Assembly (NCBI GenBank): GCA_951406725.2
Contig: OX597825.1
Location: 16,616,001 to 16,680,000, forward strand
Direction of reading: 5' to 3'
Origin: Octopus vulgaris
Lineage: Eukaryota
DNA: 64,000 nucleotides
Part shown: positions 63,299 through 64,000 of the stretch, piece after piece
Layout of the letters: each line of letters starts with the position of its first letter
How positions within the stretch are numbered: position 1 is the stretch's first letter
Notes under the pieces: model-generated
Told to the model about the DNA's origin: nothing
The model's input: only the letters and a program-made list of their open reading frames with translations
The model's database searches: none
Program-made: the position numbers and the translations under genes

Positions 63299-64000
63299 AT
63301 ATGATTTAAAAAAATTTCAAATGTTCACCCTGCCATCTTAGGTCTTTCTAGTACGACTCTAGTTTGTGTTGGTGTTATTCGAAGGATATATCTCGTATCT
63401 ATTTCGAGCAAGTCGAGCTACAAAAAGTGATGCAAGCGTTATTTGCTTAATAGTGGTGATTCATCTTTCCTATTTCAGTATTTGCCATGCAAAGCCACCA
63501 GTTTCAAATTGCTGTTTTTCTATTTTAGCGTACGAGTATTTCTTTAAGACTTGAAAACTAATGATAATTCAGAATAAATCATTTGACAAGGTGGGGGTCC
63601 TTGGGGGACTGACAGATTTAAGGACACACAATTATTTAAGGCTTTTATGATAATCCGACATGACCAGAGGAAAGGGAAACTGTGGTAAAAGGAAAATGCT
63701 TCTTTACTTTAACAAGTAGGAGGGTTAATCGCTATTTAAATTGTTTCAGTTAATCTTGATATATTAGAATGTGTTCCTGATCTGTTCTTTGCTATTCAAA
63801 AAAGAGAACATCTTAAGTTTTTCCTATTCCAAATATTTTAGCATTATCTCTTGAGAAAACTCAGTAAGGTTATAATGCTACGTCACAGCGATAAATAACT
63901 ACAACATTATTGATGTATTGATATCGACGTAGAGACCACCATTTTTTTTTCACACGAAGATTTGAAACTTAAAAATTAAAAGAAAAAATAATAAAAAACA

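Overview
AT-rich, microsatellite-saturated eukaryotic DNA with no host protein-coding gene that I can support. The repeat content (tRNA-derived SINE families with GTAAAAGA tails, Tc1/mariner fossils, RTE, R4/Dong-like and Penelope-like fragments) is what I would expect of an octopus/coleoid cephalopod intron or intergenic region; that assignment is inference from repeat recognition. Nearly all ORFs in the supplied track are read-through of (TA)n, (CA)n, (TAA)n or (CAC)n microsatellites. Real protein homology is limited to decayed transposon genes: three mariners, one Tc1, one maT-like transposase, two R4/Dong-like C-termini, RTE RT/APE pieces and a Penelope GIY-YIG domain. The standout is a 486-bp non-coding insertion at 57447-57932. 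It consists of about 1.35 copies of a 359-nt unit, is flanked by a probable 10-11 bp target-site duplication, folds into hairpins along most of its length, and carries a type I hammerhead ribozyme on a long extended stem I. This is the architecture expected of a retrozyme-like circular RNA retro-inserted into the genome. Other notable items are several decayed minimal hammerhead motifs, a Merlin-type MITE carrying TTAGGG repeats, a 323-bp triplication with a recombinant middle copy, TAA-microsatellite-associated retroelements, and a duplicated bipartite RTE-derived element.
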